Shown here: positions 38,214 through 49,072 of the stretch, in pieces
How positions within the stretch are numbered: the stretch's first letter is position 1
How the letters are laid out: each line of letters opens with the position of its first letter
Assembly: GCA_963805625.1 (NCBI GenBank)
Contig: CAWDVE010000010.1
Span: 352,001-416,000, forward strand
Reading direction: 5' to 3'
DNA from: an uncultured Candidatus Rokubacteria bacterium
GTDB lineage: Bacteria; Methylomirabilota; Methylomirabilia; Rokubacteriales; DASRDR01
Length of the DNA stretch: 64,000 nt
Position numbers and translations under genes: made by a program
Notes under the pieces: model-generated
The model's database searches: none
What the model was told of the DNA's origin: nothing
Seen by the model: the letters and a program-made list of their open reading frames with translations, nothing else

Positions 38214-39188
38214 CTAGCGCCGCGTTCCGTCGCCCGCCCCGCCCCCGGTGGCCGGGAGCTGGACGAACGGAACCGAGTTGCCTCCGAACGTGTACTGCGG
38301 AAGGCGCCCATCCCACTTTGAGAGATACTGCTGCTGGATGAGCGTCTGGGTCAGCGAGGAGGAGACCCGGGCATTGTAGGCCGCCTCGGCGTCACCCTTG
38401 ATCCGGGTGGCCTCGGCCACACCCTTGGCCTCCTCCCGCGCGGCGTCTCCCCGGCCCTTGGCGGCCGCCGCGATGATCTCCGCCTGACGCTGGGCCTGAA
38501 TAAGCTCGTAGCGCTTCTGCTCGGCCTTCTGCTCCTCGATCTGCTTTGCCTCGATCGCCTTCTCGTAGTTCTGGTCGAATCGAATATTCGCCAGCGAGGC
38601 CTCCTTCAGCTCGACCCCGTACTTGGCGAGCCAGACGGTGAGGTCGCGCTGGATGTCCGCCTTGATCGCCGGACGGCGCAGGAGGATCTCGGCCGCGTTG
38701 TGCGTCGCGGTGTTCGCTTTCAGGACCTCCTGGGCCGCCGGATCGATGATCACCGACGAGTACTCGAGGCCGATCGACTTGTAGACCTCGGGCGCGCGGT
38801 CGGGATGGAGTCGATAGTTGAGGACCATCTCGACGTGAACGGCCTGGAGGTCCTTCGACGCCGCGTCGTACTTCGCCGAGTGCTTCCCCACCCGCCCGTC
38901 CATCACGACGACGTCGTAGAGCGGGTTCAGCACGATGTTGAGACCCTCGCGGAGGGGCGACGAGTCGACCTGCCCGAAGAGGACCTTCACGCCGACGTGG
39001 CCGGCCGGGATGATACGGAAGACCGAGAAGAACAGGATGACGGCGGGCACGCCGATCGCCAGGAGCAGGGCGATTCGGGGGGCGAAGGTACGCACCCCGG
39101 GCGGCAGGCCGTCGGCGCGCCGGCGCAGCGCCCCGTGGATGGCCAGCCCCGCCAGCAGGACGACCGCCGCGAAGACCAGCTTGCTCAT
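38214..39188 (-). CDS. SPFH/prohibitin family protein
   Basis: IPAGHVGVKVLFG, ASKDLQ, AIEAKQIEEQKAEQ coiled coil. Confidence 0.92.
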   Translation of the reverse strand: MSKLVFAAVVLLAGLAIHGALRRRADGLPPGVRTFAPRIALLLAIGVPAVILFFSVFRIIPAGHVGVKVLFGQVDSSPLREGLNIVLNPLYDVVVMDGRVGKHSAKYDAASKDLQAVHVEMVLNYRLHPDRAPEVYKSIGLEYSSVIIDPAAQEVLKANTATHNAAEILLRRPAIKADIQRDLTVWLAKYGVELKEASLANIRFDQNYEKAIEAKQIEEQKAEQKRYELIQAQRQAEIIAAAAKGRGDAAREEAKGVAEATRIKGDAEAAYNARVSSSLTQTLIQQQYLSKWDGRLPQYTFGGNSVPFVQLPATGGGAGDGTRR

Positions 39189-39219
39189 TGCTCTATCCTC
39201 TCCGACCGCGCGAGGGCGC

Positions 39220-40761
39220 TCACTCCCACTCGATGGTGCTCGGTGGCTTGGAGGAGACGTCGTAGACGACGCGGTTCACGCCCTTGACCTCGTTGATGAC
39301 CCGGGTCGAGATCCGGGCCAGCACCTCGTAGGGAAGCCGGGCCCAGTCCGCCGTCATGGCGTCCTGGCTGACGACGGCCCTGAGCGCGATGACCTGGGCA
39401 TACGTCCGGAAATCGCCCATCACGCCCACCGTCCGCACCGGGAGGAGCACGGCGAAGGCCTGCCAGAGCGCGCGGCCGAGGCCCGCGGTCTCGATCTCTT
39501 CCTGCACGATGGCGTCGGCGTCGCGGACCACTTCGAGCCGCTCCTCGGTCACCTCGCCCAGGATGCGCACGGCGAGACCCGGGCCCGGGAACGGCTGGCG
39601 CCAGACGATCTCTGGCGGCAGCCCGAGAAGCTCGCCGAGAACGCGCACCTCGTCCTTGAACAGCTCGCGCAGGGGCTCCACCAGCGCGAAGCGAAGGTCC
39701 GTCGGCAGCCCTCCGACGTTGTGGTGGGTCTTGATCGTCGCCGATGGACCCCGGAACGACGTGGATTCGATCACGTCAGGGTAGAGCGTGCCCTGGGCCA
39801 GGAACGGGATCGTCCCCAGCCGCTCCGCCTCCTCCTGGAAGACGGCGATGAACTCGGCGCCGATCAGCTTGCGCTTCTGCTCGGGGTCGGTCACGCTCCG
39901 GAGACGCTCCAGGAAGCGTGCGGCGGCGTCGACGTAGATGAGCCGCATCCCGAATCGGTCCTGGAAGGTCCGCCGTACGGCCTCCCCTTCCCCTTTTCGG
40001 AGGAGCCCGTTGTCTACGAAGACGCACTGAAGCTGGTCGCCGATCGCCCGGTGCACGAGCGCGGCCGTCACCGCCGAATCTACCCCGCCCGAGAGCGCGC
40101 ACAGCACGCGCGCGCGTCCCACCGCCGCCCGGACGGAGTCGACGGCCTGGTCGACGAAGGAGCTCATCGACCAGCCCGGCTTGAGCCCCGCGCCCTGGAA
40201 GAGGAAGTTTTCGAGGATGCGCTGACCCTGGGGCGTGTGAGCGACCTCGGGGTGGAACTGCACCGCGTAGAGCCGACGCGACGGCGCAGCCATCGCGGCG
40301 ACGGGGCTGTTCCTGGTGGTGGCCAGCGAGTGGAACCCCGGTGGAGGGGCGAGGACGGTGTCACCGTGGCTCATCCAGACCGTGATGCACCCGGTGGACG
40401 TGTCCGGGTGGACGCCCTCGAAGAGCAGATCCGGGCTCTCCAGGGCGACTTCGGCCCGTCCGTACTCCCGGTGGGAGCTCGGCTCCACCTTCCCGCCCAG
40501 GAGGAGGGCCATGGCCTGCATGCCGTAGCAGATACCGAGAACCGGCAGGCCCGCCTCGAGCAGCGCGGCAGGCGGCAGCGGCGCGTCCTCGTCGTAGACG
40601 CTGGCCGGGCCTCCCGAGAGGATGACGGCCTGGTGCGCGAGGATGCGTTCGAGAGGTGCCGTGGGCGGGAAGATCTCTGAATAGATCCCGGCTTCGCGGA
40701 TACGGCGGGCGATCAGCTGCGTGAACTGCGAGCCGTAGTCGACGACCGCAACCTTGTCCAT
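39220..40761 (-). CDS. guaA: GMP synthase (glutamine-hydrolysing)
   Basis: [42 protein letters not shown]. Confidence 0.98.
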   Translation of the reverse strand: MDKVAVVDYGSQFTQLIARRIREAGIYSEIFPPTAPLERILAHQAVILSGGPASVYDEDAPLPPAALLEAGLPVLGICYGMQAMALLLGGKVEPSSHREYGRAEVALESPDLLFEGVHPDTSTGCITVWMSHGDTVLAPPPGFHSLATTRNSPVAAMAAPSRRLYAVQFHPEVAHTPQGQRILENFLFQGAGLKPGWSMSSFVDQAVDSVRAAVGRARVLCALSGGVDSAVTAALVHRAIGDQLQCVFVDNGLLRKGEGEAVRRTFQDRFGMRLIYVDAAARFLERLRSVTDPEQKRKLIGAEFIAVFQEEAERLGTIPFLAQGTLYPDVIESTSFRGPSATIKTHHNVGGLPTDLRFALVEPLRELFKDEVRVLGELLGLPPEIVWRQPFPGPGLAVRILGEVTEERLEVVRDADAIVQEEIETAGLGRALWQAFAVLLPVRTVGVMGDFRTYAQVIALRAVVSQDAMTADWARLPYEVLARISTRVINEVKGVNRVVYDVSSKPPSTIEWE

Positions 40762-40810
40762 GGGTCGATCGCCTCCCGCGGCGCGGCTGGCAAGGGCCAC
40801 GGGCCCCGCG

Positions 40811-41971
40811 CTACTTGCCCATGCCGACGCGCTGTGCCTTCTGGAAGATCTTGCCCTCCGTCTTGATCGCCGGCGCGATGATGAGCTCGGTCATCTGGAG
40901 CTCGCGGATCGTCCGGGCTCCGACCGAGCCCATGCACGTCTTGAGGGCCCCTATCAGGTTCATCGTGCCGTCATCGGTGAACGCGGGCCCCGAGAGGATC
41001 TGTTCCAGGGTTCCGACGACACCCACCCGGATGCGCGTGCCACGGGGCAGGTTCGAGTGGGGCGTTGCCATCCCCCAGTGATACCCGCGTCCCGGCGCCT
41101 CGAGGGCTCGGGCGAACGCCGAGCCGATCATGACCGCATCGGCGCCCGACGCGAGCGCCTTGCAGATGTCGCCGCCGGTCGACATCCCCCCGTCGGTGAT
41201 GATGGGCACGTAGCGGCCGCTCTGCTTGTAGTAGAAGTCTCGCGCCGCCGCCGAGTCCGCCGTCGCCGTGACCTGAGGCACGCCGAGGCCGAGCACCTCG
41301 CGCGTCGTGCAGGCGGCACCGGGACCCACCCCGATCAGGAGCGCGTCGACTCCGGTCTGCATCAGCTCCAGGGTCGCCTCGTAGGTGACGCAGTTGCCGA
41401 CGATGAGCGGGATGGAGAGCTCCTGCTTGAGACGCCGGAAGTCGAGGGGCTCGTACTCGGTTGCGACGTGCCGAGCGGTCGACACTGTCGACTGGACGAT
41501 GAAGAAGTCGGCGCCGGCCTCCTCGGCGAGCTTCGCGAAGCGCAGAGCCCGCTGCGGGATGGCCGACACGATCACCGTCGCCCCGCCCTTCTTGATCTCG
41601 CTGACGCGCCGGTGGACCAGCTCTTCCTTGATCGGCTCGCCGTAGATGGACTGGATGATCCGCGTGGCCTCCTCGGCCGACGAGGAGATGATCTGCGCGA
41701 TGACCTCGTCGGGAGACTCGTAGCGCGTCTGGACGCCCTCGAGGTTCAGGACGGCCAGCCCGCCGAGGCGGCCCATCTCGATCGCGAAGCGCGCGTCGGT
41801 GACGCCGTCCATCGCCGCCGCGATGATCGGAAGCTCGATGCGCCGGCCGCAGAGCTCCCAGGCCACATCGACCTCGTTCGGGTTGACGGTGACGGTGCCC
41901 GGGACCAGGGCGATGTCGTCGAACCCATACGCGACCCGAGCCTTCCGTCCGCGCCCGACCCACATGCCCAT
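40811..41971 (-). CDS. guaB3: GuaB3-family IMP dehydrogenase-related protein (no CBS domains)
   Basis: [33 protein letters not shown]. Confidence 0.9.
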   Translation of the reverse strand: MGMWVGRGRKARVAYGFDDIALVPGTVTVNPNEVDVAWELCGRRIELPIIAAAMDGVTDARFAIEMGRLGGLAVLNLEGVQTRYESPDEVIAQIISSSAEEATRIIQSIYGEPIKEELVHRRVSEIKKGGATVIVSAIPQRALRFAKLAEEAGADFFIVQSTVSTARHVATEYEPLDFRRLKQELSIPLIVGNCVTYEATLELMQTGVDALLIGVGPGAACTTREVLGLGVPQVTATADSAAARDFYYKQSGRYVPIITDGGMSTGGDICKALASGADAVMIGSAFARALEAPGRGYHWGMATPHSNLPRGTRIRVGVVGTLEQILSGPAFTDDGTMNLIGALKTCMGSVGARTIRELQMTELIIAPAIKTEGKIFQKAQRVGMGK

Positions 41972-42072
41972 GTCCTACCCTCCCTCGTCCGTCATCACGC
42001 GCTACCCGTTGTGATCGTTTGCCGGTCCGCCACTAGATATTGGGACAGTATAGGAGGCACGTCAAGCGCGTG

Positions 42073-42876
42073 TCAAGCCGGCGACCTCCCCGACACGCCG
42101 CCCGGCGGCGCCTGGCGGGCCCGCGCGCACGCGATCCGCAAGCCCTCCAGCGTCAGGTGTGGATTGACGACGTCGATCGCGCGCGCGAGGCCCTCCATGA
42201 GGCCGACGAGGCCACCCGTCGCCACGACCCTGGGCGTGCCCTCCATCTCGGCGCGCATCCGGGCGACCAGGCCGTCGACCAAACCAGCGTAGCCGTAGAC
42301 CATGCCCGACTGGATGTTGGTCACCGTGTTGCGGCCGATAGCGGTTGCCGGTCGGCTGAGGTCCACGCGGAACAGCCGGGCCGCCCGGGCGGTGAGCGCC
42401 TCGGCGGCCGTCGCGATCCCCGGCGCGATGGCGCCGCCGATGAACTCGCCCCCGGGCGACACGCACTCGAAGGTCGTCGCGGTGCCGAAGTCGATGATGA
42501 TGAGCGGCGGTCCGTACAGCTCCACGGCCCCCACGACCTTGACGACCCGGTCCGGGCCCACCTCGCGCGGGTAGTCGACGCGCATGGTGAGCGCCACGTT
42601 GACGCCAGGGTCCACGACGAAGGGCGAGAGGCCGAAATAGCGCTCGGCCATCTCCTCCATGGTCCGCTGGACGGCGGGCACCGTCGACGAGATGGCGACG
42701 TCGGTCACCTGCGCAGGCTCCAGACCGTGACTGCGGAGCATCGTGTGGGTGAAGACGCCGTACTCGTCGGCCGTCTGCTCGCGCCGGGTCGTGAGCCGCC
42801 ACGACGCGACGAGGCGCCGGTCGTCGTACACGCCCAGCTTGACGTTGGTGTTGCCGACGTCGACGGCCAGCAGCAT
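42073..42876 (-). CDS. coaX: Type III pantothenate kinase
   Basis: LAVDVGNTN, GPDR, DFGTATT, GGAIAPG, ATGG. Confidence 0.96.
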   Translation of the reverse strand: MLLAVDVGNTNVKLGVYDDRRLVASWRLTTRREQTADEYGVFTHTMLRSHGLEPAQVTDVAISSTVPAVQRTMEEMAERYFGLSPFVVDPGVNVALTMRVDYPREVGPDRVVKVVGAVELYGPPLIIIDFGTATTFECVSPGGEFIGGAIAPGIATAAEALTARAARLFRVDLSRPATAIGRNTVTNIQSGMVYGYAGLVDGLVARMRAEMEGTPRVVATGGLVGLMEGLARAIDVVNPHLTLEGLRIACARARQAPPGGVSGRSPA

Positions 42877-43691
42877 CAGCGCATCCCCGCCCCTTCCCGC
42901 TCGGGGCGGCTTTCGGGGGGCGCGATCAGGCGCGCCAGACGCCCGTCGTCACGCCGGACAACGAGCTCCCCGCCCGGCCCGAGATCGACGGTCGTGCCCT
43001 CGCCATCGGGGAGCGGGACGCGGAGGCCGAGGAGGCCTCCCTGGCGCCAGGCGGCGCGAACCGGCTCGAAGCCCTCCTCGAGCAGCACGCCATACCAGCC
43101 GGTCAGGCGGAGGAGGAGCGCCGCCAGGAGCGTCTCGCGCGCGACGGAGGTGCCCAGGCTACCGAGCGAGCCAGCAGTGCCGGCGAGATTCGGCGGCCAG
43201 TCCGAGTCCCGCTGAGAGACGTTCACGCCGATGCCGAGGATCACCAGCGGCGAAGTGCCGGCCACTCCCTCGGCCAGGATGCCCGCCAGCTTCCGCCCGC
43301 CGACGAGCACGTCGTTCGGCCACTTGAGCGTCGCCGAGACCGGAGCCACGGTCTCCAGGCCTTCGGCCACCGCGCAGCCCGTCGCGAGCGGGATCTCAGG
43401 CCAGCGCGCCACCGGGAGGCGGGGCCGCAGAACCACCGAGAAGAGGAGAGCGGTTCCGCCGGGAGCGGTCCAGGGACGGCCGTGCCGGCCTCGCCCTGCG
43501 GTCTGGTAGTCGGCGAGGACCACGGCGCCCTCGGGCGCTCCCGTGGCCGCCCACGCGCGCGCCAGGGTCTGGGTCGACGCGAGGGAGCGGTACGCCCGGA
43601 GCGGCCCGGCCAGCCGACCGCCCGGCAGGCAGGGAGTGAACGCGCGCGTCAGTTCGGCGTCGAGTGGCGGCTCAGCGCCCGGCCAGGGCAT
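42876..43691 (-). CDS. birA: Biotin--acetyl-CoA carboxylase ligase (no HTH)
   Basis: QTAGRGRHGRPW, LKWPND, KLAGILAE. Confidence 0.93.
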   Translation of the reverse strand: MPWPGAEPPLDAELTRAFTPCLPGGRLAGPLRAYRSLASTQTLARAWAATGAPEGAVVLADYQTAGRGRHGRPWTAPGGTALLFSVVLRPRLPVARWPEIPLATGCAVAEGLETVAPVSATLKWPNDVLVGGRKLAGILAEGVAGTSPLVILGIGVNVSQRDSDWPPNLAGTAGSLGSLGTSVARETLLAALLLRLTGWYGVLLEEGFEPVRAAWRQGGLLGLRVPLPDGEGTTVDLGPGGELVVRRDDGRLARLIAPPESRPEREGAGMR

Positions 43692-46356
43692 CGAGACGCT
43701 CCAGGCCCTCACGGAGCTTCGCCCGGAGCGCGCGCTGCTCCACCCCTTTCACTTCCTCGCGGGCGACGACCTCCGCCGGAGCTCGCTGACGGAAGTCCTC
43801 CCGTGCGAGCTTGGCCTCGGTGCGGCCGAGGTCCTCCTCGACGCGCCGGAGCTCCCGGGAGAGCCGGCCCCGCTCGGCCTCGACGTCCACCAGGCCCTCC
43901 ATGGGCACGTAGACCTCGCAGCCGTCCGCGATGGCGAGGAGGGAGTGCGGTGGACGGGTCGCCGAGGGATCGACCTGGATCTCGGCGCGGGTGAGCGCCG
44001 CGACCGCTGCCGCCGTCTCCAGGAGGCTCGCCGCCACGGTTCCGGCGGGCGGCCGGACGATGGCCGTCAGCGTCCGCGATGGAGGGATCTGGAGCTCGCT
44101 CCTGAGGTTTCGCACGGCGCTGATGACCGCCATGATCGGTGCCATGGCCGCCTCGGCCGCGGGGTCGAGGTCGCGGCGACGGACCCGCGGGAAGCGGGCG
44201 ATCATGATGCTGGCCGGCGCCCCCCTGCCCTTGGGGAACCGCTGCCAGATCTCCTCGGTGATGAAGGGCATGAAGGGATGGAGCAGGCGGAGCGTCGTCT
44301 CCAGGACCTCGACGAGGGTCGCCTGCGTGCGCACACGCGCCGCGGGGTCGTCCCCCCGGTAGAGCGTCAGCTTGGACCACTCGAGATACCAGTCACAGAA
44401 CTCGTGCCAGAGGAACTGGTAGATGGCTCCCGCGGCTTCGTTGAAGCGATAGGCGGCCAGGGACTTCCGGGCGGTGCCGACGGTCCGCACGAGACGGCTG
44501 CGGATCCAACGCTCGGCCAGGGGGGCCGGAGCCTTCCGCGCGAGTGTGGGGCGGTACCCTTCCAGGTTGGAGAGAACGAAGCGCGCGGCGTTCCAGAGCT
44601 TGTTCGCGAAGTTGCGGTAGCCCTCGATGCGCTCGCTGGAGAGCCGGATGTCCCGCCCCTGGGCGGCGAGGGCCGCCAGCGTGAACCGGAGCGCGTCCGT
44701 CCCGTAGCGCTCCATCACCTCGAGGGGGTCGACGACGTTACCCTTCGACTTCGACATCTTCTGGCCCTCGGCGTCGCGCACGAGGGCATGAATGTACACG
44801 TCCCGGAACGGCACCTCTCCCATGAAGTGGAGGCCCGTCATCATCATCTTGGCGACCCAGAAGAAGAGGATGTCGAAGCCCGTCACGAGACAGGCGGTGG
44901 GGTAGAACGTCTTGAGCTCCGGCGTGTCGCGCGGCCAGCCGAGGGTCGAGAAGGGCCACAGCCCCGACGAGAACCACGTGTCGAGAACGTCCTCGTCCCG
45001 GCGGAGCGGGCCGTGGCAGCTCGGGCATTCGGCCAGGTCTTCGCGCGACACGTGGATCGACCCTTCCGCGTCGCAGTACCAGACCGGAAGCCGGTGCCCC
45101 CACCAGAGCTGGCGGGAGATGCACCAGTCCCGGATGTTGTCGAGCCACCAGTAGTAGGTCTTCAGCCAGGTCCGCGGCACGATTCGCGTGCGGCCATCGC
45201 GGACCGCCTTGGCGGCGCGCTCGGCGAGCGGCTTCATACGGACGTACCACTGCTTGGAGACCAGCGGCTCGACCACGGTCTTGCAGCGGTAGCAGGTGCC
45301 GACCCGGTGCTGGTACGGCTCGACCTTCTCGATGAGCCCGAGGGCGGTCATGTCCTCGACGATGCGCTGCCGTGCCTCGAAGCGGTCGAGCCCCGCGTAC
45401 TTCCCTGCGCGCTGGTTCATCTTCCCGTCGAAGCCGATGACCTGCCGGACTTCCAGGCCGTGGCGCCGCCCGATCTCGAAGTCCGTCGGATCGTGCGCGG
45501 GCGTGACCTTGATGACTCCCGTGCCGAACTTCGGGTCGACGGCAGCATCGGCGACGACCTTCATCCGGATCGTCCCGTCGACCGACGGGATCTCGAGCTC
45601 CTTCCCCACGTGCTTTGCGTAGCGACGGTCCTTAGGGTTGACGGCCAGCGCGGTGTCGCCGAGCTTCGTCTCCGGACGCACGGTTGCCAGCGAGAGCGGC
45701 CCGTACTTGATGTAGTAGAGCTCGGCGGCCCGCTCCTCGTACTCCACCTCGATGTCGGACAGGACCGTCTGGCAGCGGAGGCACCAGTTCACGATGTACT
45801 CGCCCTGGTAGATCAGGCCCTCCTCCCAGAGCCGCACGAACACTTCCCGGACGGCCGCCGAGAGGCCGGGGTCCATCGTGAAGCGCTCGCGCTCCCAGTC
45901 GCAGGAGGCCCCGAGTCGCTTCAGCTGCCGGATGATCGTGCCGCCCGACTCCTCCTTCCACTTCCACACGCGCTGGACGAACGCGTCCCGCCCGAGCGCC
46001 TGGCGGGTCGTGCCCTCGGCCGCCAGCTGCCGCTCCACGACCACCTGCGTCGCGATGCCGGCGTGATCCATCCCCGGCTGCCAGAGGACGTTGAACCCCT
46101 CCATCCGCTTCCAGCGCACCAGGATGTCCTGGAGCGTGTTGTTCAGCGCGTGACCGATGTGGAGAGAGCCGGTGACGTTCGGCGGCGGGATGACGATGCA
46201 GTACGGCTTCGCCTTGGAGAATGGATCCGCCCGGAAGTAACCGCGCTCCTCCCACACGCCATACCAGGTGTCCTCGGCCTGGCGGGGGTCGTAGCGATCC
46301 GCGAGCGGCGCCGGCGGGCGCGCAGGGGGCTTCGGGTCGTCCGACACAGCGGTCAT
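43672..46356 (-). CDS. valS: Valine--tRNA ligase
   Basis: PPPNVTGSLHIGH, WCISRQLWWGH, KMSKS. Confidence 0.98.
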   Translation of the reverse strand: MTAVSDDPKPPARPPAPLADRYDPRQAEDTWYGVWEERGYFRADPFSKAKPYCIVIPPPNVTGSLHIGHALNNTLQDILVRWKRMEGFNVLWQPGMDHAGIATQVVVERQLAAEGTTRQALGRDAFVQRVWKWKEESGGTIIRQLKRLGASCDWERERFTMDPGLSAAVREVFVRLWEEGLIYQGEYIVNWCLRCQTVLSDIEVEYEERAAELYYIKYGPLSLATVRPETKLGDTALAVNPKDRRYAKHVGKELEIPSVDGTIRMKVVADAAVDPKFGTGVIKVTPAHDPTDFEIGRRHGLEVRQVIGFDGKMNQRAGKYAGLDRFEARQRIVEDMTALGLIEKVEPYQHRVGTCYRCKTVVEPLVSKQWYVRMKPLAERAAKAVRDGRTRIVPRTWLKTYYWWLDNIRDWCISRQLWWGHRLPVWYCDAEGSIHVSREDLAECPSCHGPLRRDEDVLDTWFSSGLWPFSTLGWPRDTPELKTFYPTACLVTGFDILFFWVAKMMMTGLHFMGEVPFRDVYIHALVRDAEGQKMSKSKGNVVDPLEVMERYGTDALRFTLAALAAQGRDIRLSSERIEGYRNFANKLWNAARFVLSNLEGYRPTLARKAPAPLAERWIRSRLVRTVGTARKSLAAYRFNEAAGAIYQFLWHEFCDWYLEWSKLTLYRGDDPAARVRTQATLVEVLETTLRLLHPFMPFITEEIWQRFPKGRGAPASIMIARFPRVRRRDLDPAAEAAMAPIMAVISAVRNLRSELQIPPSRTLTAIVRPPAGTVAASLLETAAAVAALTRAEIQVDPSATRPPHSLLAIADGCEVYVPMEGLVDVEAERGRLSRELRRVEEDLGRTEAKLAREDFRQRAPAEVVAREEVKGVEQRALRAKLREGLERLDALAGR

Positions 46357-46403
46357 CTTAGCATCGGCTCCCGTCGTTTACACCTCACGAGGGCTCCCGT
46401 AGA

Positions 46404-48980
46404 ATGACCGTGAAAGCAGGGGCCGTGAGAACCCTCGACCGCTATATCTGGAAGGAGCTCGTCACCCCGTTCTGCCTCGGTTTGCTCGTCTTCACGTTCC
46501 TGCTGCTGATCGACCGGATCTTCGACCTCACCGACCTGATCATCAACAAGGGCGTTCCCGTCCCTCTCGTCCTCATGATGCTCGTGTACATCTCCCCTGC
46601 CATCCTGGTTCTGACCATCCCCATCGGGTTCCTGCTCGCGATCCTGGTGGCCTTCGGGCGTCTCTCCGCCGACATGGAGATCGTGGCGCTGAAAGCGTGC
46701 GGGGTGAGCCCGCTCCGCCTCCTCCGGCCCGTCATGGTCTTCGGGGTCGGCGTGACGGCCATGACCGCGTACCTGATGATCGACGCCGTCCCGAAGAGCA
46801 ACTACGCCTTCAAGTCGCTTGTGTTCGAGATCGTCCGGACACAGGCGACCGTGGGGTTGAAGGAGCGAGTGTTCAACGACACCTTCGGGAACTTTGTCAT
46901 CTACGTCGACGAGATCGCGACTGACCAGGTGGCGCTCCGGAACGTGTTCGTATCGGACGAGCGGAAACCCAACGAGCAGCGCTTCATCACGGCTCGGGAG
47001 GGCCGGCTCCTCTCGGACGAGGTGAACCGGCGGGTCACCCTCCGGCTACTCGACGGCGCGATCCACGAGACCAGCCCCAGCGCGCTCCAGAAGTACCGGG
47101 AGGTGCGCTTCCGCCTCTACGACATCACGCTCGTGCTGGAGAATCCCCTGCTCAAGCAGGGGGGCACGCCCAAGGGCGACCGCGAGATGAGCCTCGCGGA
47201 GCTGCGGCAGGCAACGCAGAAGGCGGTCGACCTCAAAGGCAACCCGAACCCGTATCTGGTCGAGATCCACAAGAAGTTCGCGATCCCGGCGGCGTGTTTC
47301 GTCTTCAGCGTCCTGGGCGTCCCACTGGGCATCCGTGCCCACCGGGGCGGCCGCTGGGGTTCTTTCGTGGCGCTCTTGCCCATCGTGCTCTTCTACTACT
47401 TCGGCCTGACCCTCGGCGAGAACATCGGCGACTATGGACGGATCCCGCCCTGGCTGGCGATGTGGGCACCCAACATCATCGTGGGCACCCTCGCGCTCTA
47501 TCTGCTGCGCGTAAGCCTCAAGGAACGACCGATTCCCCTGGTGGCGCTGATCCGGCGTGGGTTCTGGGCGAGCGTCGCGGCGAGCCAGGCGAGCCGACGG
47601 CCCGTCCGACAGGGCGCGGAGTCCGGCAGAGCCGCTGCGACCGGACGTCGGTTGCCGCGCCGGCGTGGGTTGGCGGCCACACCTGCCCGCCAGCGTGAGG
47701 CGGCTCGCGTGCGCACCGGCGACTGGCGAAGCCCGCTAGTCTACGGGTTCATCATCTACGCTGCCGCCATCGTCATTCTGGGTTTCGTACTGCAAACCCG
47801 CATCGATTTGTCGATGCCGGCGCTGCTCATCGCTCTGGTCGTGGCTCTTCTGCTATTTTGGCTGGTTGTGTGGCTATTCCTCGGGGTGGTGAACCGGTAC
47901 ATCAGCCGTCAGTTCTTGATTTTGTTCTGCTATGGCATTGCGCTCGCGAGCGTGGTGGTAATCGTGGGCGACCTGATGACCACGCTGGAGCGGTACATTC
48001 GACTGAAGCCAGGCATAGGGTTGATTCTCATGCATTTCGTCTACCGGACGCCGCCGTTCGTCTACCAGGGACTGCACCTCGTGATGCTGATGTCAGCGAT
48101 TCTCCTGTTCGTGGGCCTCTCGCGGAGCAACGAGCTCACGGCGCTCAAGGCTGGTGGAGTGAGTCTCTTTCGCGTCAGCCTGCCGGTCTTCGGGCTTGCG
48201 GTGCTGATCTCAGTGACGTCGCTGGGATTCCAGGAATACATGATGCCGTGGTTGAACCGGCGTGCCGTGGAGATCGATGAGGCCAAGATCAAGCGTCGGA
48301 CAATGCCCGAGCTCCGAAAACGCACGGAGATCTGGTACCGCGGACGCGAAGATGGTGCGGCCGAGAGCCGCATTTACCACATCGGGCTCCTCGATCCCGG
48401 TAGTCAGCAGATGAACAACGTCACAGTGCTGTCGCTCGGGTCCGACTTCACCATGCGGCGGCGCTGGGACGCACGGGACATGCGGTGGGTTGCCTCGGAG
48501 GACTCCTGGCGCCTGGGCACGGGTGTCCGGCGCGAGTTCCGATCGGGTCAGCCCGACCGGGCGGAGCCCTTCAAGGAGCAGAGCGTCAAGCTCCCCGAAC
48601 GATACCAGGACTTCGCCCAGGTGCCCCGGGCGCCCGACGTTATGAGCTACAAGGAGCTGAAGGAGTACATCGACCGCCTCGTGGACGCCGGGCACAAGGT
48701 CGCGAAGTACATCGTCGACCTCCACTCGAAGATCGCCTTTCCGCTCGCCCACCCGATCATGGTGCTCGTGGGCATTCCCTTTGCCCTCCAGTCCCCCCGC
48801 GGGGGGAGGGTCATCGGCATCGCGCTGTGCCTGGCGCTCGGACTCGGGTACTTCATCGTCCACTCGGCGGCGGTGGCCCTCGCCCGGTCGGAGATCCTCC
48901 CACCGCTGATCGCGGCCTGGTCGGCGAATGCGCTGTTCGCCACGCTCGGGCTGTACCTGTATCTCCGCGCGCGAACCTGA
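46404..48980 (+). CDS. lptFG: Fused LptF-LptG LPS export permease
   Basis: Two YjgP/YjgQ units (GRLSADMEIVALKACGVS; LSRSNELTALKAGGVS) in one 858 aa ORF. Confidence 0.9.
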   Translation: MTVKAGAVRTLDRYIWKELVTPFCLGLLVFTFLLLIDRIFDLTDLIINKGVPVPLVLMMLVYISPAILVLTIPIGFLLAILVAFGRLSADMEIVALKACGVSPLRLLRPVMVFGVGVTAMTAYLMIDAVPKSNYAFKSLVFEIVRTQATVGLKERVFNDTFGNFVIYVDEIATDQVALRNVFVSDERKPNEQRFITAREGRLLSDEVNRRVTLRLLDGAIHETSPSALQKYREVRFRLYDITLVLENPLLKQGGTPKGDREMSLAELRQATQKAVDLKGNPNPYLVEIHKKFAIPAACFVFSVLGVPLGIRAHRGGRWGSFVALLPIVLFYYFGLTLGENIGDYGRIPPWLAMWAPNIIVGTLALYLLRVSLKERPIPLVALIRRGFWASVAASQASRRPVRQGAESGRAAATGRRLPRRRGLAATPARQREAARVRTGDWRSPLVYGFIIYAAAIVILGFVLQTRIDLSMPALLIALVVALLLFWLVVWLFLGVVNRYISRQFLILFCYGIALASVVVIVGDLMTTLERYIRLKPGIGLILMHFVYRTPPFVYQGLHLVMLMSAILLFVGLSRSNELTALKAGGVSLFRVSLPVFGLAVLISVTSLGFQEYMMPWLNRRAVEIDEAKIKRRTMPELRKRTEIWYRGREDGAAESRIYHIGLLDPGSQQMNNVTVLSLGSDFTMRRRWDARDMRWVASEDSWRLGTGVRREFRSGQPDRAEPFKEQSVKLPERYQDFAQVPRAPDVMSYKELKEYIDRLVDAGHKVAKYIVDLHSKIAFPLAHPIMVLVGIPFALQSPRGGRVIGIALCLALGLGYFIVHSAAVALARSEILPPLIAAWSANALFATLGLYLYLRART

Positions 48981-49072
48981 GCGGCGGGCAGGACGGACCG
49001 GGTCGCGTCGCGCATCCGTCTCGTATCCGGGGATCGGGCGCGACTTGCCGGAGGGCGTGCGCGATCGGGGCG

